This document shows, piece by piece, positions 27,845 to 37,639 of a stretch of DNA of 64,000 nucleotides. Both the position numbers and the translations under genes were made by a program. The DNA lies in assembly GCA_016183565.1 (NCBI GenBank), contig JACPEJ010000001.1:358479-422478 (forward strand). The letters run 5' to 3'. Under the pieces are notes generated by a model. It was not told where the DNA came from, did no database searches, and worked only from the letters and a program-made list of their open reading frames with translations. How positions within the stretch are numbered: the first letter of the stretch is position 1; the number at the start of each line of letters is the position of its first letter. The stretch is from Candidatus Blackburnbacteria bacterium (lineage in GTDB: Bacteria; Patescibacteriota; Microgenomatia; UBA8517; UBA10165).

Positions 27845-28585
27845 ATGATATTTACTGACGACACCATAAAAAGAATTAAGAAAGACCCCTTTAGAGTAAT
27901 ATTTAGAGCATTTAATAAATATATTTTTGGGACAATGCGTTACAAAAAAGGAAAAGGTTATGATGCCGCCTTGTATTGGCAGGATCGTTTTAGTAAATAC
28001 AAAGACTCAATAAAGGGACCTGGCGACGAAGGTTTAACGGAAAAGGAAAATTTAGAAATGTATAACCAAGCGAAAAAAACTTTCCTAAAATTTTGTAAGG
28101 CAGAGAAAATATCATTTACAAAGTCAAAAGTTTTAGAAATTGGACCGGGTACGGGTTTTTACACAGGGATTCTTAAAAACTCTGGGGTAAAAAATTACAC
28201 AGGTCTTGATATAACCGATGTGGCTTTTAGCAAACTAAAGAAAGAATACCCCTATTTTAGGTTTATTAAACGCGATATAACAAAATTTTCTCCCACAGAA
28301 AAATATGATGTTGTGGTTATGATTGACGTTATCGAGCATATAGTAGAGGAAGAGAAACTTAAAAAAGCCATGGAGAATATAAGCAGATCTCTTGGATCAA
28401 AAGGAGTTTTTATTCTTGCACCGATTATGAGGAACAGTAAAAAGAAGTTCTTTTATGTTAGGTATTGGACACTAGAAGAGCTTGAAGTAATTCTCAAAAA
28501 TCATAAGTTTAGCAAACCTATACGATTCCGGAATGGATATTTGGTATCTGTAAGGCATAGATACAACTCGTTTCAAAACTCATAA
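27845..28585 (+). CDS. Class I SAM methyltransferase
   Basis: LEIGPGTG and DVIEHI motifs. Confidence 0.8.
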   Translation: MIFTDDTIKRIKKDPFRVIFRAFNKYIFGTMRYKKGKGYDAALYWQDRFSKYKDSIKGPGDEGLTEKENLEMYNQAKKTFLKFCKAEKISFTKSKVLEIGPGTGFYTGILKNSGVKNYTGLDITDVAFSKLKKEYPYFRFIKRDITKFSPTEKYDVVVMIDVIEHIVEEEKLKKAMENISRSLGSKGVFILAPIMRNSKKKFFYVRYWTLEELEVILKNHKFSKPIRFRNGYLVSVRHRYNSFQNS

Positions 28586-28620
28586 ATTGGTCTTATTAAA
28601 TTTTTTGAGACGAGATTGGA

Positions 28621-28642
28621 GAAGTTGTTTTGAAACAGCTTC
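28621..28642. terminator. Possible hairpin between convergent methyltransferase genes
   Basis: GAAGTTGTT-ttga-AACAGCTTC with one G-U pair. Confidence 0.3.
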
Positions 28643-28655
28643 ATAGTTCTTATTT

Positions 28656-29396
28656 TTACTTTGAAGGTTTTTGAGCAACTACTACAATACCAAGTCCAAA
28701 TGGTAGGTCGAAATAAGTAATTATTTTTGATTCCATAGACAAAAGTGATAATAAAATATCATTAAGTAGCTTGCTTTCAGAACTCACACCTGAAGAAATC
28801 TCTTCTTTGGGGGTAACGCTCTCTGCGAACTGTTTGATCACCGCTAGAGGTAAAAGAATCATATTTACATAGGAAATCCTTTTGACTTCAAAACCTGAGT
28901 TGATTATTTTTCTCTTAATTTCGTTGGTCGAGTACCGCTGTCTTGTGTGTACATGTTTATCATGATTGAGGTGCAACCATTTGTTTGCTGGTACTCTCAC
29001 GATGACAAGCCCGCCAGGTTTTAACACCCGATAAAATTCTTCTAGTGCTTTTGCGTCATTTACTTGTTTGTGGTAAAGAACATCGAGACTCACAATAAGG
29101 TTAAAGCTATCTTTTTTGAAAGGAAGTTTGTTTACCGATCCCTGCTTCACCCGCGCCCCTCTTTTTTTTGCATATTTGATCGCCTCAGTGTTTATGTCAA
29201 TTCCACAAACCTTCCCAAAGCGTCCCAATTTTTTAGCAAGAAGGCCTGTTCCACAGCCGGCATCAAGAATTTTTGCTTTAGATGGTGGAACTTTGAGATA
29301 TTTTTTGACAAGAGAAATTATTATATTGTGATTGCTTACATAGAAGAAATGGGAAGACTCGTTTTTATAGATGTTTTCGTATTCTGAGGTTTGCAT
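28656..29396 (-). CDS. Class I SAM methyltransferase (type 11)
   Basis: LDAGCGTG, LDVLYH, RVLKPGG and HD..VH..RY motifs. Confidence 0.85.
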   Translation of the reverse strand: MQTSEYENIYKNESSHFFYVSNHNIIISLVKKYLKVPPSKAKILDAGCGTGLLAKKLGRFGKVCGIDINTEAIKYAKKRGARVKQGSVNKLPFKKDSFNLIVSLDVLYHKQVNDAKALEEFYRVLKPGGLVIVRVPANKWLHLNHDKHVHTRQRYSTNEIKRKIINSGFEVKRISYVNMILLPLAVIKQFAESVTPKEEISSGVSSESKLLNDILLSLLSMESKIITYFDLPFGLGIVVVAQKPSK

Positions 29397-29404
29397 GATT
29401 AAAC

Positions 29405-30127
29405 CTACCTAGAAGAATTATCAAATATCATCAGCTTAAGCCACAAAGCGCCAATATCTAAATAAGTTTTAATTATTTTTGACGGTCTAAAAAATTGCGA
29501 CTGTCCATATTTTCTGTCGTAATGATGTACAGAAACTTGGCGAAATACTGCCCCGGCCCTTTCTGCTTTCTTTGCAAGCTCTATACAGATTGAGCCACTA
29601 TTGGATTGAAGTTTTATTTTTTTGATGATATCTCGCCTGATTAATCTAAAATCGCAGTCTACGTCATATATTGGGAGCCAAAAAAGCCAGCGGTTTATGA
29701 ATCTATGCATATTACCGAAGAAAATTCGGTGTGGCACATCGCCTCTCCGCATCTTTATGCCATTTATAAAGCTAACGTCTGGAGTCATTAGGCTAAGAAG
29801 TATTGGCATTTCATTTACATCATATTGCCCGTCCCCGTCAGTATAAAAAACTAAATCCTTAGAAGCATTAGCGAAACCGCTTTTTAGTGCCCCACCGTAT
29901 CCGCGATTCTTTTTATGTGTTACTACTTTTAACTTCTTGTGTTTTTTGGCTAATTTCAATAGTACCTCTCCACTTTCATCACGTGATCCATCATTAACTA
30001 CAATAACCTCATGGTCTTTTGCAATTTTTGCTAGAGTATCGAATGCGTCTTTTACTAACCCTCCGATAGTTTTTGCGTCATTATAGCAGGGGAAAAATAC
30101 GGAGATACTTGTGGATTTTTTTGCCAT
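29405..30127 (-). CDS. GT2 DPM1-like glycosyltransferase
   Basis: PCYND, NRGYGGAL, YTDGDGQY and DVDCDFRL motifs; TGATG overlap gives start 30127. Confidence 0.85.
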   Translation of the reverse strand: MAKKSTSISVFFPCYNDAKTIGGLVKDAFDTLAKIAKDHEVIVVNDGSRDESGEVLLKLAKKHKKLKVVTHKKNRGYGGALKSGFANASKDLVFYTDGDGQYDVNEMPILLSLMTPDVSFINGIKMRRGDVPHRIFFGNMHRFINRWLFWLPIYDVDCDFRLIRRDIIKKIKLQSNSGSICIELAKKAERAGAVFRQVSVHHYDRKYGQSQFFRPSKIIKTYLDIGALWLKLMIFDNSSR

Positions 30128-31074
30128 CACTTGATAATTTCCTTGATGTTGGCAGAATAATCTATTTTGCCACGGGAGGCAAGCATCATTTCGGCAAGTA
30201 GCCCGGTTGATATAAGCTGAACTCCGACAATTATTAAGAGTATCCCTAAAATAAGGAGCGGTTGTCGACCTTGGACACCTCCTGTTGTTACCCTTAGATA
30301 AGTAATATAAAGACCAATCAGAAATCCAAAAAAGAAAGATATTAAGCCAAATGTGCCAAAGAAATGCCCAGGACGCCTGTTGTATCCGGTTAAGAAGAAT
30401 ATTGTTAAAAGATCCAAAAAGCCCTTGATATTTCTCTCCCAACCAAATTTAGAGATACCATGTTGTCTTGCTCTGTGTTCTACGGGGATCTCTGTTACGC
30501 GGAAAGCCTGTTTTACAGCAAAAACTGGGATGAAACGATACAGCTCTCCGTACAGGTTAAGGCTTTTTACAACTTCTTTTCGATATGCCTTAAATCCGCA
30601 ATTTATATCATGAAGCTTGACACCTGTCAGCAAGGGAGTTAAAAAATTATTCAAAATTCTTGAAGGAATTACTTTAACGGAAGGGTCAAACCTTCGCTTT
30701 TTCCAACCCGATACAAGATCATAACCCTGATCAAGCTTTGCAAGAAAATGTGGGATTTCGGAAGGATTATCTTGAAGATCTCCGTCAAGAGTAAGAACTA
30801 TTTCTCCTGAAGCTTTCTCAAAACCGACCTGAAGAGCTGCTGATTTACCAAAGTTTCCCCTAAAACGGATAACTTTTACATCTATGTCTTTTTTATGCAG
30901 CGCCTTCATTTTTTCAAACGTGCTGTCTGTCGATCCATCATCAATGAAAATTATTTCGTAGCTTTTCTTGAGCTTGCGAACAACAGACACGATTTCTTGG
31001 TATAAAGTAGGAATTGATTCTGCTTCATTTTTGGCGGGAATGATAAATGATAGGTCTGTAGATTTAAGTTTCAT
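30127..31074 (-). CDS. GT2 ArnC/GtrB-like undecaprenyl-phosphate glycosyltransferase
   Basis: NFGKSAAL, DGDLQD, HDINCGFKAY and LYGELYRFIP motifs; two C-terminal TMs. Confidence 0.85.
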   Translation of the reverse strand: MKLKSTDLSFIIPAKNEAESIPTLYQEIVSVVRKLKKSYEIIFIDDGSTDSTFEKMKALHKKDIDVKVIRFRGNFGKSAALQVGFEKASGEIVLTLDGDLQDNPSEIPHFLAKLDQGYDLVSGWKKRRFDPSVKVIPSRILNNFLTPLLTGVKLHDINCGFKAYRKEVVKSLNLYGELYRFIPVFAVKQAFRVTEIPVEHRARQHGISKFGWERNIKGFLDLLTIFFLTGYNRRPGHFFGTFGLISFFFGFLIGLYITYLRVTTGGVQGRQPLLILGILLIIVGVQLISTGLLAEMMLASRGKIDYSANIKEIIK

Positions 31075-31125
31075 TCAAGCAAATTCTATCATTTCCTAAA
31101 GTGCGTTGCCAGCGTGATTATTTTT

Positions 31126-32343
31126 TTAGATAAACTTAATTTTTTTGGCTGCAACTGCGACCATTTTAAGAAGTAGCCAGCCATGGATAATACGATTGAT
31201 ATTGCTTTTACCATATTTTCTTTCTCTATATCTTACCGGTACTTCTATAATTTTTAAGTTTAATTTGGTGGCGCCAAACAAAAGGTCAAAGTCTCCGAAG
31301 GGGTCTAGTTCCCCAAATGTTTTTCTATTCTTTTCAATTTCTAAATAGTCTTTTCGAAAAAGAACTTTGGTGCCGCACAAAGTGTCTTTAATTTTTTGCC
31401 CTAAAAGGAAAGTGAAGGTGAGGCTAAATAATTTGTTGCCTAGATAGTTTAGAGATCTCATTGCTTGTTTGGGTACCGGATAAATAAGGCGCGAGCCATT
31501 TGCAAAATCGCAATGATTTTCTGAGAGTGCACGGTAGAACTTGATTAGATCAGAGGGAGGGACAGTTAGGTCTGCGTCAAGAATTATTAAAATATCATTC
31601 TTTGCTTTTTGGAAACCTAGGCGCACTGCGTCGGCTTTTCCTTTGTTTTTTTGTTTGCATAAAAGGGTCTTGAATTTTTTCGCGTTCATTATTTCTTTTT
31701 GTATTACGGCATAAGTATTGTCAGTTGAGTGTCCTTCTATAAATATAACTTCGGTTTTTTTCCCTAGATTTGGGATTTCTTTTAATAACTTTTTGATGTT
31801 ACCTGCTTCGTTGCGGGCTGGGATGATTATGGAGACCGAATAGTGTTTGGGTTGGGGTTTTAGACGGAATATTTGGTAGGTTACTAGACAAAGCTTGTTT
31901 ATTAGAGGTAGTTGTCCTATGAAGTTGTTTATTAGGGGTGAGAAGGATCCTAGGGGTATTGGTAGAAGAAGCCTTCTTCCTCTTTTTACCTCTTCGCACC
32001 CTTCTAGTTGGAAAATATTGTTAATGTCTTGTTGTGATAGCCAATTGGGTTCTCTTGGGTCTTTTTTTCGGAGACCAAAAAATGTAGCAAGGTCAAGAAT
32101 TGGTTTCCATAGAAAACTATAGCCAACTACCACGATGCGGCTGCGCGGTTTGCAGTATTTTTTTAGTTTTCCTACTGAGTTTTGTACATCTTCACTATAT
32201 GCCAAAGAATTTTGCAGTAGGAGGTAATCAGATTTTCCATTGGCTTTCTCTTCGCCGATTCTTGTTGAAGAATACCCTCGCGGAACGATTTGTTTAAAGA
32301 ACCTTTCCAGATCTTTCTGGTAATAATCTGCAAAGATATTCAT
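31126..32343 (-). CDS. GT2 DPM1-like with degenerate methyltransferase-like N-terminal domain
   Basis: PARNEAGNI, LDADLTV, DTLCGTK and DPFGDFDLLFGA motifs; N-terminal domain lacks GxG. Confidence 0.8.
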   Translation of the reverse strand: MNIFADYYQKDLERFFKQIVPRGYSSTRIGEEKANGKSDYLLLQNSLAYSEDVQNSVGKLKKYCKPRSRIVVVGYSFLWKPILDLATFFGLRKKDPREPNWLSQQDINNIFQLEGCEEVKRGRRLLLPIPLGSFSPLINNFIGQLPLINKLCLVTYQIFRLKPQPKHYSVSIIIPARNEAGNIKKLLKEIPNLGKKTEVIFIEGHSTDNTYAVIQKEIMNAKKFKTLLCKQKNKGKADAVRLGFQKAKNDILIILDADLTVPPSDLIKFYRALSENHCDFANGSRLIYPVPKQAMRSLNYLGNKLFSLTFTFLLGQKIKDTLCGTKVLFRKDYLEIEKNRKTFGELDPFGDFDLLFGATKLNLKIIEVPVRYRERKYGKSNINRIIHGWLLLKMVAVAAKKIKFI

Positions 32344-32393
32344 CTTGTTGTTTTTGTGGTGATCCACTATTATCATACGTAGTATACAAGTTC

Positions 32394-33239
32394 ATGCAAA
32401 AGGGTCTAGTGTCGGTAATTATTACAACCAAAAACGAGCAAGATGTTATTAGGGATTTGCTTTCGAGTATAAAAGAGCAAAGTTACGAAAAATTCGAAAT
32501 CATTGTGGTTGATAACAATTCTACGGATAAAACGCGGGAGATTGCTAGAAAATATACAAAAAAAGTTTACACAAAAGGGCCGGAGCGTTCAGCGCAGAGG
32601 AATTATGGAGTTGAGAACGCAAGTGGAGAATATGTGCTTATTTTAGATGCAGATCAACAGCTTGCGCCAACGATTCTGCAGGAATGTGTGGATCAGTTTG
32701 AAAAGGACTCTACACTTGGTGCTTTGGTGATACCGGAAAAATCTTTCGGTAAAGGATTCTGGACGCAATTTAAAGTGTTTGAAAGGGAATTTTATGTTGG
32801 CGAGGATGATATAGAAGCTGCACGATTTTTTCAAAAAAGTTTGTTTGATAAATTTGGTGGTTATGACCTTTCGATTACCGGACCCGAGGATTGGGATTTA
32901 CCACTGAGAATGAGGAAGGCAGGTGTAAAAATTGGCCGGATTAAAAGTTTTATTTTGCACAATGAGAGGGTTTTCAACCCCTGGAAATCCGCGAAAAAGA
33001 AGTTTTATTATGCCAAAGGTAGCCGTGAGTACCTGAGAAGGCATCCGGAGAAAGCTTTTACACAGGGTAACCTTCTTTTCAGGAATGTTTTTTTTAGAAA
33101 GTGGAGAAGGCTTGTAGCAAACCCATTTTTAGCGTTAGGTATGTTTAGTATTAGAGCGCTTGAGATGAGCGGTGCTCTGGTAGGTGTAATATATTCTGTC
33201 GTGTGTCCGTTAAGCAAAGTTAAGCATTACATTTTTTGA
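32394..33239 (+). CDS. GT2 glycosyltransferase
   Basis: VVDNNSTD, GPERSAQRN, LDAD and GPEDWD motifs. Confidence 0.9.
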   Translation: MQKGLVSVIITTKNEQDVIRDLLSSIKEQSYEKFEIIVVDNNSTDKTREIARKYTKKVYTKGPERSAQRNYGVENASGEYVLILDADQQLAPTILQECVDQFEKDSTLGALVIPEKSFGKGFWTQFKVFEREFYVGEDDIEAARFFQKSLFDKFGGYDLSITGPEDWDLPLRMRKAGVKIGRIKSFILHNERVFNPWKSAKKKFYYAKGSREYLRRHPEKAFTQGNLLFRNVFFRKWRRLVANPFLALGMFSIRALEMSGALVGVIYSVVCPLSKVKHYIF

Positions 33240-33253
33240 GAAATGGAGAGCGA

Positions 33254-34462
33254 ATGGAGAAAACAGCACTTCAAGATAAACTTAGTTCTATGAATGTAGT
33301 GATCGCGTCTCATGTGTTTGCATCAGGACCTTCTTTAGACTTGGAGGAATATTTAAAAGATAAAGTGAGATACCTTCTTTATATTGGGCACCCTTTTGCT
33401 GAAAGGACTGATGTGCGTTCTTTTTGTAGAGAGTACCGAAAGGGAACTTTGGTGAGGAAACACGAAGCATATCCAGTAAGATTATCGAGTTTTTTTGTTT
33501 ATTTTAAGGAGGCGTTTTATACAATGTTTTGGCTTCTGTTTACTAGGGAAAAAATTGACTTGTATATAGGCTCTGATAATTATATGGCGTATTTGGGTTT
33601 ATTGGCGAAAAAGACTGGAAGGGTTAGGAAGGTGGTTTTATATACGATTGATTTTGTTCCAAAGAGATTTAAAAATCCAGCGTTGAATTGGCTTTATCAT
33701 TTTTTTGATAGAGAATGCTTGAATAAATGCGATATGGTATGGAATGTTTCTTCTGCGATAACTCAAGCGCGAGAGGAGTATTACAGAGGTCTGAGAAGGT
33801 GTGCAAAACAGATTGTAGTGCCTTTAGGGATTTGGCACGACCGTATATCGAAGTTACCTTTTACCAAAAGGAGTGAGAATAAGATAATATTTCTTGGTCA
33901 TTTATTAGAAAAACAGGGATTGTCTTTAGTCATAGAAGCTTTGCCTTTGATAGCAAGAAAGTTGCCGAGTTTGAAACTTGTTATTATTGGTACAGGTCCG
34001 TTTGAGAGGCACCTGAAGTTGTTGGTAGCCAAACTGAGAGTTGGTAGACGTGTTGAGTTTAGAGGATATGTAGAAAATCACCGAGATGTAGAAGAGGAGC
34101 TTTCAGACAGTACGATTGCAGTGGCTATGTATAAGCCAGATCCGGAATCCTTTACTTATTTTGCTGATCCTGCGAAAATTAAAAATTATTTATCTGCTGG
34201 TTTACCGGTGATTCTTACTGATGTCCCGCCAATAGCAGAGGAAATTGCCCAAAAACGCTGTGCGTTGATTGCAAAATATGATGTTTATGATTTTGCTGAT
34301 AAGGTTGATGCTTTGTTAACTGATCGAAGAATGCTTAGCGAGTACAGTAAAAATGCTATAAAATTTGCAGAACAGTTTGATTGGGATAAGGTTTTTACAG
34401 AGGCTTTAGAAAAAACCCTTCAGCAACCTGCTTCATCATTGCTTCTTAAGCAAAAAAATTAA
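33254..34462 (+). CDS. GT4 glycosyltransferase
   Basis: YTIDF, GHLLEKQG and ADPAKIKNYLSAGLPV motifs. Confidence 0.85.
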   Translation: MEKTALQDKLSSMNVVIASHVFASGPSLDLEEYLKDKVRYLLYIGHPFAERTDVRSFCREYRKGTLVRKHEAYPVRLSSFFVYFKEAFYTMFWLLFTREKIDLYIGSDNYMAYLGLLAKKTGRVRKVVLYTIDFVPKRFKNPALNWLYHFFDRECLNKCDMVWNVSSAITQAREEYYRGLRRCAKQIVVPLGIWHDRISKLPFTKRSENKIIFLGHLLEKQGLSLVIEALPLIARKLPSLKLVIIGTGPFERHLKLLVAKLRVGRRVEFRGYVENHRDVEEELSDSTIAVAMYKPDPESFTYFADPAKIKNYLSAGLPVILTDVPPIAEEIAQKRCALIAKYDVYDFADKVDALLTDRRMLSEYSKNAIKFAEQFDWDKVFTEALEKTLQQPASSLLLKQKN

Positions 34463-35152
34463 ATTGTTGTGATTCTTATAGACTTTCTTATACCTTGCCT
34501 TAACCAACAACCTTTCCATGGCTTCATCTGTCAGTATATCAGCCTCGACACAAACTATCGTAGGTCTAAATTTCCCCCAATCGTTACTTTTTAAAACCTC
34601 AAGATCGTATCCCTCAACATCCACACTTAAAAAATCAATTTTTTTGTTTTTGCAATATTCTTTGAATATTTCACTTAGTCTTGAAACTTTTATTCTTGAA
34701 GTCTCAACTAGCTTAAATCCTTCCTTTTTATAATTCTCTGCGGCTTTTTTCGAAAAAGTTGAAAGTGTTTCCGGTTCAAACTTAAAATACTCAAGTTTTC
34801 CACTTTTGTTTGCAATCCCGAGGTTTAAGTTTGTGTCTCTGGGACGCGAGTTATAGAATTTCTTAATTTTTCGAGGATCTGGTTCAATATTTATTCCTGT
34901 CCAACCGCGTGCATAAAACCTCTTTGTGTTGCTGAGTCTTGTAGGATTGTATGCGCCCACATCAACGTAAAACCCAGATTTTCTATTTCCCAACAAGTTA
35001 TCGATCAAAATATCCTCTCCGTTTTGACTAAACGATTTTTGAAGAAACCCTCTTTTTAACATCAGAATCTCTCCGATTAAGTACTGAAATAGTCTCATTG
35101 GGCCGTACAGTTTTAAATAGTTGTAAGATTTTAGAATCATCGAGATTTTCAA
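34436..35152 (-). CDS. FkbM-family methyltransferase
   Basis: SQNGED, YVDVGAY, GWTGINIEP and SVDVEGYD motifs; start TTG 35152 or ATG 35140. Confidence 0.9.
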   Translation of the reverse strand: MKISMILKSYNYLKLYGPMRLFQYLIGEILMLKRGFLQKSFSQNGEDILIDNLLGNRKSGFYVDVGAYNPTRLSNTKRFYARGWTGINIEPDPRKIKKFYNSRPRDTNLNLGIANKSGKLEYFKFEPETLSTFSKKAAENYKKEGFKLVETSRIKVSRLSEIFKEYCKNKKIDFLSVDVEGYDLEVLKSNDWGKFRPTIVCVEADILTDEAMERLLVKARYKKVYKNHNNLIFLLKKQ

Positions 35153-36222
35153 TAATGCGTATGCAACTGATAGTCTCTACATATTTGGCTAATTAGTTGG
35201 GGTCCTTCGAAGATAATACCTGTTATTAGTTGGATTAGGTCTGCGCCAGCGGAAAATTTCTCCAGGGCGTCTTTTGTATTAAACACGCCTCCGCAGCCAA
35301 TGATTGCGACATTGCCCCCAAACTTTTTACGTGTATGGGAAATGAGGTGGTTGGCACCTTTTGTAGTCGGTTTTCCACTGAAATTGCCTTTGAGGTTAGC
35401 GACATTTAAAATTTCGTTCTGATCGAAAGCCCGATTTTCTCTGTTTTTGACTAAGTTAGAAAATATGAAGCCACTGATTCCCTGGGTTAAAGCTGCCTCT
35501 ACTAACAAGTCGCTTTTTTTAGCGTCAATCTCATTGGGCATTTTTACAAAAATGGGCTTTTCCATACTAAGAGAGGTAACCTCTTTGACGAGATTTTTGA
35601 AATTTTGTACCTCGATAAACGACTCGGTCATGTTGGTATTTGGACAGCTTATATTTAGTTCGAAATATTTAATGTATTTTTTCTTTTTAAAGATATCAAA
35701 AGAAAATGTATAATCATCAATAGCTTTGTTGATTGTGTTGACTTTTGGACTGTTGGTACTGCCTATGCTTATTCCCACTGTGTGGCCCTGCAGGTCTTTT
35801 TTATCGAGCCTTTGAGCTACTGCAATGGCGCCTTCTGATTTGAAGCCCTTGTTAACTAATATTGACCTTGATTTAGGGAGTCTTACCAATCTTGGCTTAG
35901 GATTTCCTTCATAAGGTTTTGCTGTAACTGTACCAACTGTATTAAATCCAAAGCCTATGTACTTTAAGACTTTTGCCAGATGTCCATCGTAATCAAAACC
36001 TGCTGATAAACCGGTCGGGTTTTCAAAATCTATGCCAAGTACTTTCCTCTTTAAGGCTGGGTCTCTAAAGGCAAAGAGCCAAGATAGTAGACTGTTTTGG
36101 TTTTCTAGATTCTCTCCGAGCTTTGTGATTGTATCGTGTACAATTTCGGCATCTATCTGAAAGGCAATTGGTCTAAAGAGGTTTTTGTATAAAAGGGTTG
36201 CTATGTGACTTTTGTAATTCAT
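35149..36222 (-). CDS. pyrD: Class 2-like dihydroorotate dehydrogenase, divergent
   Basis: NPTGLSAGFD, GTVT..GNPKPRL, ELNISCPN, GNFSGKP, IGCGGV and GADLIQL motifs. Confidence 0.7.
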   Translation of the reverse strand: MNYKSHIATLLYKNLFRPIAFQIDAEIVHDTITKLGENLENQNSLLSWLFAFRDPALKRKVLGIDFENPTGLSAGFDYDGHLAKVLKYIGFGFNTVGTVTAKPYEGNPKPRLVRLPKSRSILVNKGFKSEGAIAVAQRLDKKDLQGHTVGISIGSTNSPKVNTINKAIDDYTFSFDIFKKKKYIKYFELNISCPNTNMTESFIEVQNFKNLVKEVTSLSMEKPIFVKMPNEIDAKKSDLLVEAALTQGISGFIFSNLVKNRENRAFDQNEILNVANLKGNFSGKPTTKGANHLISHTRKKFGGNVAIIGCGGVFNTKDALEKFSAGADLIQLITGIIFEGPQLISQICRDYQLHTHY

Positions 36223-37628
36223 GGTTGAAATTTCTTGAGGACATTTTTCCCGACTCTTGCAGCATTGGCCATTATTGTTAATGTTGGTGGTTTTGCGGGC
36301 AATACTTTCCATGTTGAGGAATCGGCAATGTAAATTCTTTTGGCTTGGTGTAACCTCCCTTTTGAATCTGTTGACAGTTTACCTTGCTTAGATTGAAAAG
36401 AAACCCCGCCAGCGTAATGTGAAGTGACATTGCTTGTGATCGTTTTCATTGGAAGTAGCCCAAAAGACTGAATTTTTCTGTAGATCTTTTTCAGTTCCTC
36501 TTTGTGCTTTTTAATCTCCCTATCTGTTGTATGTGATGATACTTCTAAAACACCTATATCGCACTTTTCCTTTTTTAATCTACAGAAACTCTTATTTGAT
36601 TTAAATGTTGGAAAACGTACGTCTACTATTACCAGGTATGGTGCGATTATTGAAAAAAACAAAGAAGCAAGTGGCTTTGGTAAAGGAATATATTGAAGAG
36701 CCAAATCTTGCGCAAGAGGGTTACATCTATAAAACTGGACGAAAAAAGAATTTAAGTCTTGGTCAAGATCATTGCAAGTTAGTGAAACTTGGCCGAGGCT
36801 AGCTATATTATTCTGGCGTCTTTTTAGTAATGTTTGGGGGTGTAAGCATACAAGCATTGTGTGCCCTTTTGTCAAGAAAGGAACCTGGTAATTATAAAGC
36901 CTAAAGCTTTGCAAGAGAATTCTTGTGGTGTTAATGGCACCTGCTGCCAAAATTAAATAACGTGATTTAATATACGATTTTTCTTGACTCTCAATCGAAA
37001 TACTCTCGATTTCTACGTGTTTGTTTTTATCTTTTACTTTCAGAACCAATTGTTTGGGTATATAGGTAAAGTTTTTGTACTTTTTTAAATCTTCGATCAC
37101 ACTCTTAGTACGGTAAGGATATGCAATAGGTAGTCTATAAACTTGATTCTTTGCTTTTTTCAAGATTAGTTGTCCATGTAAATCAAGCTGTGGTTTAGTT
37201 TTAAGGTTTATGCGCTTTGCGATCTCTTTATATTCTTTTTGAATCTCTAGAGCTGGAAGACCAGTCTCAGCGAGCTCTGAATCTGTGAAATAGTCACAAA
37301 TGCCGTGCCAAATTTCTGACAAGCCACCCTTTGCCAAACTTTGGATGATCTCAATATTGCTTTGAACTTTCAGAAGTTGGTAAGTTTTGGTAAAAACATA
37401 ACCACTTTTTATTAAGAGATCATACGGGTTGCTTTTGTTGTGTAGTTTTTTGTTTATAGGTTGGTTATCTTGCTTTTTGCTGTCTAACCCGCCGTCTATA
37501 ATTGCAACTCGCAATCCTGCTTCAACTAGAGGGTATGCTGCGTGTACTCCCGCCGGGCCTGAACCCACAACGATCACATCATGGAGAGTGTTTGGCTTAG
37601 CTGTAGAATGGCCCGAATTGTGTAGCAT
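36219..37628 (-). CDS. GMC-like FAD-dependent oxidoreductase
   Basis: VVGSGPAG, GGLSEIW, LAAGAINT.RIL, SHYAG and ADSS..P..PTLTIMANA motifs. Confidence 0.8.
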   Translation of the reverse strand: MLHNSGHSTAKPNTLHDVIVVGSGPAGVHAAYPLVEAGLRVAIIDGGLDSKKQDNQPINKKLHNKSNPYDLLIKSGYVFTKTYQLLKVQSNIEIIQSLAKGGLSEIWHGICDYFTDSELAETGLPALEIQKEYKEIAKRINLKTKPQLDLHGQLILKKAKNQVYRLPIAYPYRTKSVIEDLKKYKNFTYIPKQLVLKVKDKNKHVEIESISIESQEKSYIKSRYLILAAGAINTTRILLQSFRLYNYQVPFLTKGHTMLVCLHPQTLLKRRQNNIASLGQVSLTCNDLDQDLNSFFVQFYRCNPLAQDLALQYIPLPKPLASLFFSIIAPYLVIVDVRFPTFKSNKSFCRLKKEKCDIGVLEVSSHTTDREIKKHKEELKKIYRKIQSFGLLPMKTITSNVTSHYAGGVSFQSKQGKLSTDSKGRLHQAKRIYIADSSTWKVLPAKPPTLTIMANAARVGKNVLKKFQP

Positions 37629-37639
37629 TTTAATATTAT

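Noticed and set aside
30128-30442. N-terminal extension of the 29405 GT2 ORF (similar extensions at 16458, 36312, 56619 and 62565)
   Set aside because: These overlap neighbouring genes; downstream ATGs match the domain starts
34436-34462. Tail-to-tail gene overlaps (also 46360-46380 and 60514-60552) as antisense regulation
   Set aside because: Short overlaps are expected in a compact genome; no further evidence
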